A DNA stretch of 64,000 nt from NCBI GenBank assembly GCA_964592405.1, contig CAZQBY010000001.1:50459-114458 (forward strand). The letters are read 5' to 3'. The notes beneath the pieces are model-generated. The model made no database searches. It was not told the origin of the DNA and saw nothing but the letters and a program-made list of their open reading frames with translations. Source of the DNA: an uncultured archaeon (GTDB lineage: Archaea; Altiarchaeota; Altiarchaeia; JAFGQM01). A program made the position numbers and the translations under genes. Within the stretch, counting starts at the first letter, position 1. Each line of letters begins with the position of its first letter. This document shows, piece by piece, positions 46,841 to 55,541 of the stretch.

Positions 46841-47800
46841 ATGGTAAGGGCGAAGAAGAGGGAACCTGATTTGGACATCCCTGAGGGATGGGAGATCCAC
46901 GAGGAACCTGTGGAGGAGGAAAAAAAGAGCGGTTTTCAGATGAACAACAACCTGCTCTGGGCACTGTTTATAGTTCTAGTTATAGCCTTTACCCTGTTTT
47001 TCATGTCAAAAAATCTGCAACCAAAGGAGATGCAGACCATCTATATCAACGGCATAGAAATACAGGCCCCTTATGATCCGGAAGCCGCCGTCAGGGACCT
47101 TGTCAACATGCACATTGAGGGAAAACGCCTGGACGATCTGGAGGATTCCAAGAACGCCCTGAATGAGATATCCGTCATCATTGGTCAGTCCAGCCATTCT
47201 GCAGCCTCTCCGAGGAGTTACACACTCTATGCCGGTCTGGGGGACAGGACCGGGATATTCATAGATGATGGCATCATAAGGATAGAGGGAACTACAAGGA
47301 GCGAATTCTGGAAGGCCGTCTGGACTTTCAATTCCATAATCTCCGGACTTCAAATAAAATCTGATGTGGATATATTCGATGTTCCGAGACTCTTGGAAGG
47401 CAGGAGAGAGGTTTATCTTGTGCAGAATATGGAGAACACCTGTCCAAACTACGGCCATATAATAAGCGCTGAAGGCGACATACTCTCCTCACTGGGTTTT
47501 AAACAGGCTGAGCTGGGATTCGAGCTCAATCATTATCGCATGGAAGGTGATGTCTGCGCGCCCTTTGCCAATGAGACCTTTGTTGGGGAGTGCCCTCAGC
47601 CCAGTGATGATGTTTTTGTGATAAAAATGATGCGGGGCAGGTCCGACCTTCTAAATATAACAAGTAACGAGATAGTTTTCCAGTATTCCGACTGTAATAC
47701 TGTTGACAGAATTTCTATAATACTGGGGGATATTATATATCCAAACATAGCTTCTTCCATAGCATCTGTTGGACTCTCTCCCGAACTTGAAGTCCTATAA
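46841..47800 (+). CDS. Membrane-anchored hypothetical protein
   Basis: N-proximal TM, extracellular domain with Cys. Confidence 0.7.
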   Translation: MVRAKKREPDLDIPEGWEIHEEPVEEEKKSGFQMNNNLLWALFIVLVIAFTLFFMSKNLQPKEMQTIYINGIEIQAPYDPEAAVRDLVNMHIEGKRLDDLEDSKNALNEISVIIGQSSHSAASPRSYTLYAGLGDRTGIFIDDGIIRIEGTTRSEFWKAVWTFNSIISGLQIKSDVDIFDVPRLLEGRREVYLVQNMENTCPNYGHIISAEGDILSSLGFKQAELGFELNHYRMEGDVCAPFANETFVGECPQPSDDVFVIKMMRGRSDLLNITSNEIVFQYSDCNTVDRISIILGDIIYPNIASSIASVGLSPELEVL

Positions 47801-47813
47801 AAGGCCTATAAAA

Positions 47814-48884
47814 ATGAAGAACAGTCTTGTAGATAGAAGAATCGTGGATTCTCTTTATAGGGATGGTGCCATCTACTCCTCCTTTGGAGCATACTGGAGA
47901 AGAAAGTATGGCTACAAGGTTTTTAAGGTTCCTCTCAATGCCCAGTTTACCTGCCCGAACTGGGATGGCAGGATAAGTGACGAGGGATGCATATTCTGCC
48001 CCTCATTCGCCCGTCAGTTCACCTATGAGAGTTTCAGGAATGTCATGGACAAGGATATTAAAGAGCAGGTCAGACACCAGGTCAGGCATTACAAGGAGAT
48101 GGGAGCTGGCGACAAGGCGCTTGTTTACATAGCATTTGGGACAAACACATACAAGCCAGTAGGGGAGCTCAGGAAGCTGTTTGATGCCTCTTTGAAACAC
48201 AAGGATGTTGTCGGATTATCTATAGGAACACGTCCTGACTGCCTTCCGGATGAGGTTTTTGACCTTTTGGGCGGCTATGTCAAAAAGGGAAAACATATAT
48301 GGCTGGAGATAGGAACGCAGTCCGTTCATTATCATACCCTTGAGCGTATACAGCGGCGCCACGGCTTTGCAGAGAGCATACGCGCAGTTCAGGAGGCGCA
48401 TAGGAGGGGCATATCTGTCATATTCTTTCTGATACAGGGTCTGCCCTATGAAACCCCCGCCGAGACTGTGGAGACTGCACGTATAGTCTCTGCCTTGGGA
48501 GTAGATGCAGTCAAACTCTACCCTCTTATTGTCATGAGGAGAACCATACTTGAAAAACAATTTAAGAGTGGCAACTATCGCCCATTGGGAATGAGCGAAT
48601 ATGTTGGTCTGACGGCAGATTTTCTTGAAAACCTCAGCCGGTACGTGCTTGTCCAGAGACTCTCCAAGGACTGTGGCCTAGAAAGCAAGCTTGCTCCGGA
48701 CTGGAACACCTACCGGCTGATTATTGGTTCTCGTGTGGAGAAGGAACTCAAAGGAAGGGGTACCAGACAGGGAGACAAATTCAGCCTTACGCTCTCTGCA
48801 GATGAACTGGTTCCACTGAAGCCCAGTGAGACGAGGATAATACGCAGAAAAAAACAGGAGAACAAGAGGCCTGTGGTTCTTTAG
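47814..48884 (+). CDS. TIGR01212 (YhcC/YtqA-like) radical SAM protein
   Basis: FTCPNWDG..GCIFC, TNTY, IGTRPDC, IQRRH. Confidence 0.9.
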   Translation: MKNSLVDRRIVDSLYRDGAIYSSFGAYWRRKYGYKVFKVPLNAQFTCPNWDGRISDEGCIFCPSFARQFTYESFRNVMDKDIKEQVRHQVRHYKEMGAGDKALVYIAFGTNTYKPVGELRKLFDASLKHKDVVGLSIGTRPDCLPDEVFDLLGGYVKKGKHIWLEIGTQSVHYHTLERIQRRHGFAESIRAVQEAHRRGISVIFFLIQGLPYETPAETVETARIVSALGVDAVKLYPLIVMRRTILEKQFKSGNYRPLGMSEYVGLTADFLENLSRYVLVQRLSKDCGLESKLAPDWNTYRLIIGSRVEKELKGRGTRQGDKFSLTLSADELVPLKPSETRIIRRKKQENKRPVVL

Positions 48885-48930
48885 CAACCAGTAGCTGGCA
48901 GGTTGGTTCACCATATACCTATCCCACTAT

Positions 48931-49809
48931 CTATTTCCCCTCTTCTTGCTCCTTTTCCACTTCCTGGAGGAAAAGCAGATCATCAGTCTTGATAACCCCT
49001 CCCTTCCTAAGCTCTGATAACAAATCTATTTCCTTGGCTGCTTGTTCCTTCTTTAGATTCTTGCTCCTGACCTTTCTCTCCTGAATGCGTTTTATGCCGA
49101 GGCGCTTCTCTTCAGCCCTGAGCTCATTGAGGATTTCCACAAACCTCTTGTGGGCATCTTCGACTTTCTTCTTGATAGCTAGGAACTCCTCCTCAGCTTT
49201 CTTGGCCTTCTTTCGTTTGTTGTCGACCCTCTTGTAGATTTCATGCATCTCTATATGGGCTTTCTCACCCTCATCAGAACTTTCCAAGAGCTTTTTGTGA
49301 TATGAATCAGCTTTTTTTCTTGTTTCTTTAAGCTCCTTCTCAAGTTTACTTATCTCCTCCCCTACAGGATTCAGCAACTCATATTCCCTTAGCCTAATTT
49401 CGAGCTCTTCGAGTCGCTTCACCATGGCGGTTTCCTTGTCTTTTGGAAGAGGTGAGGTCTGGATTTTCCAGTTGAGCTTCTCATAGTCGGATTTGAGCCT
49501 CTCATACTCGCGCCTAGATGGCAACCCCCTGCTCTGGTTTTTGAGCTCGCCCAGCTTCTTGCCCAGTTCAGCCATTCTTGAATTGGCTTTATCTCGATTC
49601 TTTTTGTATTCAGACACCCGCTTGTTCGCTGCATCCCTAATCTCCTTCTGTTTTCTGGCTTCCTTCAATAATTTGTCTATCTCATTATAAAGCCCCATTA
49701 CACTATCCCTCTTTGACTTGAGCTTGGCATTGAGCCCATCCCTTACCTTCTTGGCCTCCTTGACCTTGTTGCGAAGCTCCTCTAATTTCTTATTTTCATT
49801 AGAAACCAT
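48931..49809 (-). CDS. Archaeal coiled-coil protein (COG1340-like)
   Basis: RDGLN, RDAAN, WKIQTSPL..E..VK, ADSYH pattern. Confidence 0.75.
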   Translation of the reverse strand: MVSNENKKLEELRNKVKEAKKVRDGLNAKLKSKRDSVMGLYNEIDKLLKEARKQKEIRDAANKRVSEYKKNRDKANSRMAELGKKLGELKNQSRGLPSRREYERLKSDYEKLNWKIQTSPLPKDKETAMVKRLEELEIRLREYELLNPVGEEISKLEKELKETRKKADSYHKKLLESSDEGEKAHIEMHEIYKRVDNKRKKAKKAEEEFLAIKKKVEDAHKRFVEILNELRAEEKRLGIKRIQERKVRSKNLKKEQAAKEIDLLSELRKGGVIKTDDLLFLQEVEKEQEEGK

Positions 49810-49894
49810 CTCTTCGTTTAACCTGATATAACCCTGATATGTGGGTTATCTGAAATAGTGCATATGAAAAATAATTATTGAATTATGCTATACC

Positions 49895-50236
49895 CTATCT
49901 TCTTTTCTCCACTACCACTGCTGTCCCATAAGCTATGAACTCAACTATGTCAGACTTGAACGTCAGGGCGGTCAGATTGACGCCAATAAGACCGTTTGCA
50001 CCCATCTTCTTTGCAGCCTGTATCATGCGGTCAACACTTACTCTGCGGGCTTCCATGGCCATGTTCTGTAACTCCGGGACATTACCTCCCTTGAAACTGC
50101 GCAGGAGGGCTACAATATTCCCGCTGGCACCTCTTGACTTGACTTCACTGCCCCACGCCATGCCCAAGACCTTCTTGAGTTTATATCCATCCGGCACGTC
50201 TGTGGTGCATAGCAAAAAATTGCCTTCTTTGGCCAT
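49895..50236 (-). CDS. YbjQ/UPF0145 heavy-metal-binding family protein
   Basis: TTDVPDGY, ARRVSVDRM..AKKMGANG, IAYGTAV; ATG 50236 preferred. Confidence 0.88.
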   Translation of the reverse strand: MAKEGNFLLCTTDVPDGYKLKKVLGMAWGSEVKSRGASGNIVALLRSFKGGNVPELQNMAMEARRVSVDRMIQAAKKMGANGLIGVNLTALTFKSDIVEFIAYGTAVVVEKRR

Positions 50237-50274
50237 GTTCGCTTTTATTTTGAAAGGATGTAAATAAAAGGCCA

Positions 50275-51225
50275 ATGGAACTGGAAACGCCGTGGGTGGA
50301 GAAATATCGTCCGAAGAAGATATCTGAGGTGGCCGGTCATGATGAGATAAAGAAGAGACTTCAGGTCTACGCCAGGGAGTGTTCAATGCCGCATCTGCTG
50401 TTTGCCGGTCCGGCAGGTACTGGAAAGACAACTTCGGCCCTTGCCTTGGCTAATGAGCTTTTCTCCGGGCAACTGGATGGCAATTTCCTGGAGCTGAATG
50501 CTTCAGATGATCGTGGCATAGATGTCGTGAGAAACAAGATAAAAGACTTTGCACGGACCATGAGTCTTGGTGCAATACCCTTCAAGATAATTTTTTTGGA
50601 TGAGGCAGATGCCCTCACTCCGGAAGCCCAGAATGCATTGAGAAGGACTATGGAGCGCTACACCCGCACGTGTCGTTTCATACTGAGCTGTAACTATTCC
50701 AGTAAGATAATTGCACCGGTTCAGTCGAGATGCGCGCTTTTCAGATTCACAAGAATAGGAGATGATATAATGGAGGAAAGGCTCAGATGGATAGCCGATA
50801 AAGAGGGCCTAAAATATGACAACGACGGCCTAAAGGCCATTCTCTATATCTCAGAGGGCGATATGCGCTATGCAATAAATGTCCTACAGTCCACAGCGGC
50901 TGTGGCTAAGTCCATAACGAAGGAGGAGGTCTTCAATATCGCTTCCCGTGCAAAACCTGAACTGGTAAGGAAGATGATGATGCTTGCTATGGGCGGAAAG
51001 TTCGTGGAAGCGCGCAGCATATTGGACGACCTGCTCATAAACCGCTCGATATCGGGCGAGGAGATACTCCTCCAGATGCACAAGGAGATAGAAAACCTGG
51101 ACGTGCCGAACGAGAAGAAGCTGGCGCTTGTCAACCTAATCGGCGAATACAACTTCCGCCTGGTGGAGGGGGCGAACGAGAAGATACAGCTGGACGCGCT
51201 CGCGGCGCAGATGGCTATGATCTAG
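50275..51225 (+). CDS. rfcS: Replication factor C small subunit
   Basis: PWVEKYRP, GPAGTGKT, ELNASDDRG, LDEAD, QSRC. Confidence 0.97.
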   Translation: MELETPWVEKYRPKKISEVAGHDEIKKRLQVYARECSMPHLLFAGPAGTGKTTSALALANELFSGQLDGNFLELNASDDRGIDVVRNKIKDFARTMSLGAIPFKIIFLDEADALTPEAQNALRRTMERYTRTCRFILSCNYSSKIIAPVQSRCALFRFTRIGDDIMEERLRWIADKEGLKYDNDGLKAILYISEGDMRYAINVLQSTAAVAKSITKEEVFNIASRAKPELVRKMMMLAMGGKFVEARSILDDLLINRSISGEEILLQMHKEIENLDVPNEKKLALVNLIGEYNFRLVEGANEKIQLDALAAQMAMI

Positions 51226-51287
51226 ATGCTGACCGGGAGTCAAAAAGCAGGCTGAAATAACAGGACCCAAGACCCAAAACCGGGGAC

Positions 51288-51920
51288 CTAATCTACATAA
51301 CCCTTCATCAGAAGCCTGCCCAGCAGCGAGAGCGTGACCTCCACACGACCCTTCTTGTTTATAGTCTCCACGAGAGCCATGTCCTTGAGGCCTTCGGACT
51401 TCGGGTTGCCATTTATGTGGTAGGAGACCAGCGGGAGGCTCATGCCGCACTTCTTGCTGAGCTGCTCCAGCGACGAGCAGCAGTCCTTCTCCCTGTAGAG
51501 CGTTTCCAGTATCTTCATCTTCCTGTCGGTGATGAGCTTGTAGTATGAAAACTTGAGCACGGGCAGCATGGAGACCTTCCCGTCCATGACGGAGAAGGCC
51601 TTCAGCCCGTTGACGAAGGCGGCTGAAGTCATCGCGCAGCGCGTTATCTTGTCGCCTGTCGAGACGTTTATCAGCAGGTCCTTTCCCTCATTGGCCTTCC
51701 TGATGCCGTGCACGACCTTGAACGTGTCCTCCCAGACGTTGTCCCTCGTCTCTATGATATTCACCGGGATCTTGAACCTGCCCAGCGCCTCTCGGGTCTT
51801 CTCCGCCGCGTCGCCCTTGCCGGGATAGTTTATCAGAATCACCTTCTCCGTCGAGAACTCGCGCACGGCTACGAAAAGGTCGTCCATGCTCTCACCGACC
51901 GCGGCGACGATAATCGACAT
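51288..51920 (-). CDS. DUF6293/CARF-like N-domain plus wHTH transcriptional regulator
   Basis: Rossmann-like N-domain INVSTGDK; C-terminal SLEQLSKKCGMSLPLVSYH wHTH. Confidence 0.75.
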   Translation of the reverse strand: MSIIVAAVGESMDDLFVAVREFSTEKVILINYPGKGDAAEKTREALGRFKIPVNIIETRDNVWEDTFKVVHGIRKANEGKDLLINVSTGDKITRCAMTSAAFVNGLKAFSVMDGKVSMLPVLKFSYYKLITDRKMKILETLYREKDCCSSLEQLSKKCGMSLPLVSYHINGNPKSEGLKDMALVETINKKGRVEVTLSLLGRLLMKGYVD

Positions 51921-52051
51921 CCTATTTAAAGAAGAAATTTAATTTTAAACCCTATGTTTAAGCGGACTGAAATATAAATATCGCAAACAGGGAGGTTTAA
52001 AACTCTCTTTTTTAATCAGGACCCCTAAAATTACCCGGGTGAATATCCAAA

Positions 52052-52282
52052 ATGAACATAACAGTGTACTCGACGCCGACTTGCCCTTACTGCAAGATGG
52101 TGAAGGAGTACCTAACCGAGAAGAAGGTGGAGTTCAAGGACGTGAACGTGGCTGCTGACAAGGCGAAGGCGCAGGAGATGATTGACAAATCTGGGCAGAT
52201 GGGGGTGCCGGTCATCGACATCGACGGCCAGATAATCATCGGCTTCGACAAGGCCGCGCTGGAGAAAAAGCTGGCCGGATGA
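52052..52282 (+). CDS. Glutaredoxin-like protein (YruB/NrdH family)
   Basis: YSTPTCPYC, GQMGVPVI, IGFD. Confidence 0.93.
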   Translation: MNITVYSTPTCPYCKMVKEYLTEKKVEFKDVNVAADKAKAQEMIDKSGQMGVPVIDIDGQIIIGFDKAALEKKLAG

Positions 52283-53184
52283 TCTACGACCTCGTCATCG
52301 TGGGGGGCGGACCGGCGGGCCTCAGTGCCGCCATCTATGCAGGCAGGTTTAGAATGAAGACCATAGTGCTGGCCCGGGAACCGGGAGGCACAGTGGTTAA
52401 TACACATCTGATTGAAAACTGGCCCGGGTTCAAGAGCATCAGTGGTGCGGAGCTGATGGAGAGGCTATCCGACCATGTCAGGAGTGTGGGCGTGGAGATT
52501 AGGCAGGCGGAGGTCAGGGAGATCAGGAAAAAGGCCGGGAACTTCCTGCTCAAGAGCGACGCAGGTGACTTCGAGGCGAGGTCTGTCCTGCTTGCTACAG
52601 GTACAAAGCACCGCAAGCTGGGCGTGCCCGGAGAAAAGGAGTTCTATGGCAGGGGCGTGAGCTACTGCGCCGTCTGCGATGCCGCCTTTTTTAAAGACAA
52701 AATAGTGGCTGTTGTGGGGGGCAGCGATTCCGCCGCAAAAGAGGCCCTTTTCCTAAGTAGATATGTCAAGAAGGTTTATATAATCTATAGAAGAGAGAAA
52801 ATACGCGCAGAGCCCATAAACACCGAGCGCGTGGAGGCCAACAGGAAGATCGAAGTAATAAACAACACGAACGTCCTAGAGATAAGGGGAGACAAGTTCG
52901 TGCAGTCAGTCGTGCTTGACAAGCCCTACAAGGGCAGCAGGGAGCTCAAGCTGGACGGCGTGTTCATTGAGATAGGCCACGACCCGCAGAGCGAGCTGGC
53001 GGAGGGGCTTGGCATCAAGCTGGACAAGGCCGGGGAAATCGTCATAGGCCGCGGTTCAGAGACCAACGTCGCGGGCGTCTATGCCGCGGGCGACGTCACC
53101 TCTGGCAGCTTCAAACAGGCGATAACCGGCGCCGCGCAGGGGGTCGTGGCGGCTAAGAGCGCTTACGATTATCTGAAAAAATGA
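52279..53184 (+). CDS. trxB: Thioredoxin-disulfide reductase
   Basis: GGGPAGLSAA, GVSYCAVCD, VGGSDSA, YAAGD. Confidence 0.93.
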   Translation: MIYDLVIVGGGPAGLSAAIYAGRFRMKTIVLAREPGGTVVNTHLIENWPGFKSISGAELMERLSDHVRSVGVEIRQAEVREIRKKAGNFLLKSDAGDFEARSVLLATGTKHRKLGVPGEKEFYGRGVSYCAVCDAAFFKDKIVAVVGGSDSAAKEALFLSRYVKKVYIIYRREKIRAEPINTERVEANRKIEVINNTNVLEIRGDKFVQSVVLDKPYKGSRELKLDGVFIEIGHDPQSELAEGLGIKLDKAGEIVIGRGSETNVAGVYAAGDVTSGSFKQAITGAAQGVVAAKSAYDYLKK

Positions 53185-53816
53185 AGGGTCCGACAGCCTT
53201 GGCGGCCATACTTGCGGTAGCGATGCTGTCCGCAGCCTTAGCCAGCATCCACTGCCAGTGCAACAGGCCCGGAGCCGAGGGTAAGGTAATAGGCTTCGAC
53301 TGCAGCATAGGTGAGGCCGTGAACCTGAGCTTCTACACGGAATCGGAGCCCGCTCTGGGCCAGAAGTTCGAATTCTGGGCGATCAAGGAGCTGGAGGGGA
53401 ATTACGTCCCGGCCAAGAACCTCGACGTTCGCGTGGCTCTCGACTCCCGGGAACTGCTGAATCTCATATCCAATGAAAACGGATATCTAAGCTTTACGAT
53501 CGAGGAAGCCGGGAGCTATGAAATATCGGGCGGAGACGCTGTTTTGAGTTTTGAAGTCGAGGCCGAAGACCCCCAGGAGCCCTCTTCTAACAGCACCGAG
53601 GACATGGTCGATGCAGGCGGCAACGCAAACGATGAGGGCAAGTCTGCCGGAGAAGTGGCCAGCGAAATCCCGCCACCAGAGCCGAAAAAGCTGGCCAAGA
53701 CCGAATTCAAAGCCGGTGGGGGAGGTGGACTTCCGTATCTCCTGGTCGCCGCAGCCATTCTCTTTGCGACGGCTTTAATCGCCTTGCTGATTAAAAAGAA
53801 GAAAATAAACATCTAA
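53181..53816 (+). CDS. Secreted, C-terminally anchored Ig-like surface protein
   Basis: Signal peptide, beta-rich domain, acidic linker, TM plus KKKK. Confidence 0.7.
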   Translation: MKGPTALAAILAVAMLSAALASIHCQCNRPGAEGKVIGFDCSIGEAVNLSFYTESEPALGQKFEFWAIKELEGNYVPAKNLDVRVALDSRELLNLISNENGYLSFTIEEAGSYEISGGDAVLSFEVEAEDPQEPSSNSTEDMVDAGGNANDEGKSAGEVASEIPPPEPKKLAKTEFKAGGGGGLPYLLVAAAILFATALIALLIKKKKINI

Positions 53817-53817
53817 A

Positions 53818-54378
53818 ATGCTGCCGACGGCCAAGGAATTCAGACATCTCAGGAAAAAAGCCGGACTGACGCAGAAGGAGCTGGCCGAAAGGGCTGGACT
53901 CAGCCAATCGCTGATAGCGCGCATAGAGAAGGGGGACATAGATACAAAACTGGGTACTGCGCGCAGAATACTTGATGTTATACGAGAGTCTGAGGGCTCT
54001 AAAGAATCAAGATCCTTGGAAATAAAAGATTATATGGTTTCTCCTGTCATATACTGCAAGGCTTTTGATCCTATAAAGAGGGTTGTAGCCCTGATGGAGG
54101 AAAATGCCATCTCCCAGATGCCGGTCATGGAGGGGGGAAAACCTGTAGGCTCCATAACAGACACGCATCTGGTGCGAATACTGGCCAAGAAGGGTGCCCG
54201 CTCCTCACGCAGAAAGATATCCTCTGTGATGTCAAAACCGCTCCCGGAGCTAGATATCTCAGCGCCTATGGACCGGGCTGTGCATCTTCTCACGAAGAGC
54301 CCGGCTGTTCTGATAAGGAACGGACCACATATAGCCGGCATTCTGACCAAGGCGGACGTCCTGCAGCTGATGATTTAG
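53818..54378 (+). CDS. XRE-HTH plus CBS-pair transcriptional regulator (COG3620-like)
   Basis: GLTQKELAERAGLSQSLIARIE; ISQMPV..VGSIT; GILTKAD. Confidence 0.9.
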   Translation: MLPTAKEFRHLRKKAGLTQKELAERAGLSQSLIARIEKGDIDTKLGTARRILDVIRESEGSKESRSLEIKDYMVSPVIYCKAFDPIKRVVALMEENAISQMPVMEGGKPVGSITDTHLVRILAKKGARSSRRKISSVMSKPLPELDISAPMDRAVHLLTKSPAVLIRNGPHIAGILTKADVLQLMI

Positions 54379-54836
54379 AGGACCTTTGGGTTTAGTTTGC
54401 CGCGCCTTCTTTCCTGGTCTCGCAGGAACTGCTCCCTGAACTGAGGAGCATTCACTATACTCGGCGGGTGGAATTCAATCTCGGTTACGTTGCTGACCCT
54501 TGACCGTCTTCTTGCCATACTATCACCCAGTCGCCTTCTCCCACTAATTGCTCTACCGCCGATAGGGAGCTCCTTCACAGGACCTTCGATTCTGTCATGT
54601 ATGAGCTCTCCTGGATCGGTACTGATGGCTCTATGTGTGGGTGTCACACCGTTCTTTGACCTCCTGCCGAAATAACTGCGCCGTCTTCCACCCTCCTCCA
54701 CATAGAAAGTCACGGGTGCTCCACGCGGAATCATCCAGGCACTCGCAGGAGTATGAATGGAACGTATGTGTTTTCTAGAGAGAACCGATTTATTCAGAAA
54801 AGGATGTTTGGGTTTTTCTGGGGATTTCCTTGGCAT
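54375..54836 (-). CDS. Hypothetical basic protein
   Basis: 153-aa ORF, MPRKSPEKPKHP N-terminus. Confidence 0.55.
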   Translation of the reverse strand: MPRKSPEKPKHPFLNKSVLSRKHIRSIHTPASAWMIPRGAPVTFYVEEGGRRRSYFGRRSKNGVTPTHRAISTDPGELIHDRIEGPVKELPIGGRAISGRRRLGDSMARRRSRVSNVTEIEFHPPSIVNAPQFREQFLRDQERRRGKLNPKVL

Positions 54837-54993
54837 TTTTCAATCACTTTAGTCTATACTATTAAAGATATATAAATCTTGAGAATTCTTGTCCCGGAAA
54901 AAACCCCCGGGAAAGTATGCTTTCAAATAGTTGAATTCCGCCCGAAAGCCGCAAAAACGGTTTGATTTTTATACCTAATCCCATAATAACCAG

Positions 54994-55041
54994 CAACAAC
55001 ATGTTGTTGTGTTTCGCGCCGAACACCACAATATGTTGTGG
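54994..55041. promoter_or_regulatory. Tandem NrdR boxes
   Basis: CAACAACATGTTGTTG (54994-55009, perfect palindrome) and CCACAATATGTTGTGG (55026-55041), 32-bp spacing, upstream of nrdR-nrdJ. Confidence 0.85.
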
Positions 55042-55074
55042 TCTTACACCAATTAGAAGAATCGGGCAATCGAG

Positions 55075-55539
55075 ATGAAATGTCCGCTCTGTGGATTCTC
55101 GGAAACAAGGGTTGTGGATAAACGTGACTCGGCCGAACTTGATGTCACTCGCCGGAGGAGGGAATGTCTGAAATGCCACAGAAGGTTCACTACCTATGAG
55201 CGCCCAGACATATCCCAGATAATAGTGAGGAAGAAGGATGGGCGTACAGAACCATTTGATAGGGCAAAGGTCCTGCGTGGTATAGTGCGGGCCTGTGAAA
55301 AGCGTCCAATCTCTGTCTCAGTCATGGAAAAGCTGGCGGATGATATCGAATCAGAACTCAGGAAAGACCCTTCTAGAGAGGTCTACAGCAGGAAGATAGG
55401 CCGGCTCGTCATGAAGCGCCTCAAGAAGCTGGATAAGGTTGCATATCTCAGATTTGCATCTGTTTACAGGGAGTTTGAGGGTATTGATGACTTCGAAAGA
55501 GAAGTCAGCAGACTTGTTAGACAACAAATAAGGACCTAG
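55075..55539 (+). CDS. nrdR: Transcriptional repressor NrdR
   Basis: MKCPLC, RRRRECLKC..RFTTYE, ATP-cone, VAYLRFASVY. Confidence 0.97.
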   Translation: MKCPLCGFSETRVVDKRDSAELDVTRRRRECLKCHRRFTTYERPDISQIIVRKKDGRTEPFDRAKVLRGIVRACEKRPISVSVMEKLADDIESELRKDPSREVYSRKIGRLVMKRLKKLDKVAYLRFASVYREFEGIDDFEREVSRLVRQQIRT

Positions 55540-55541
55540 AA

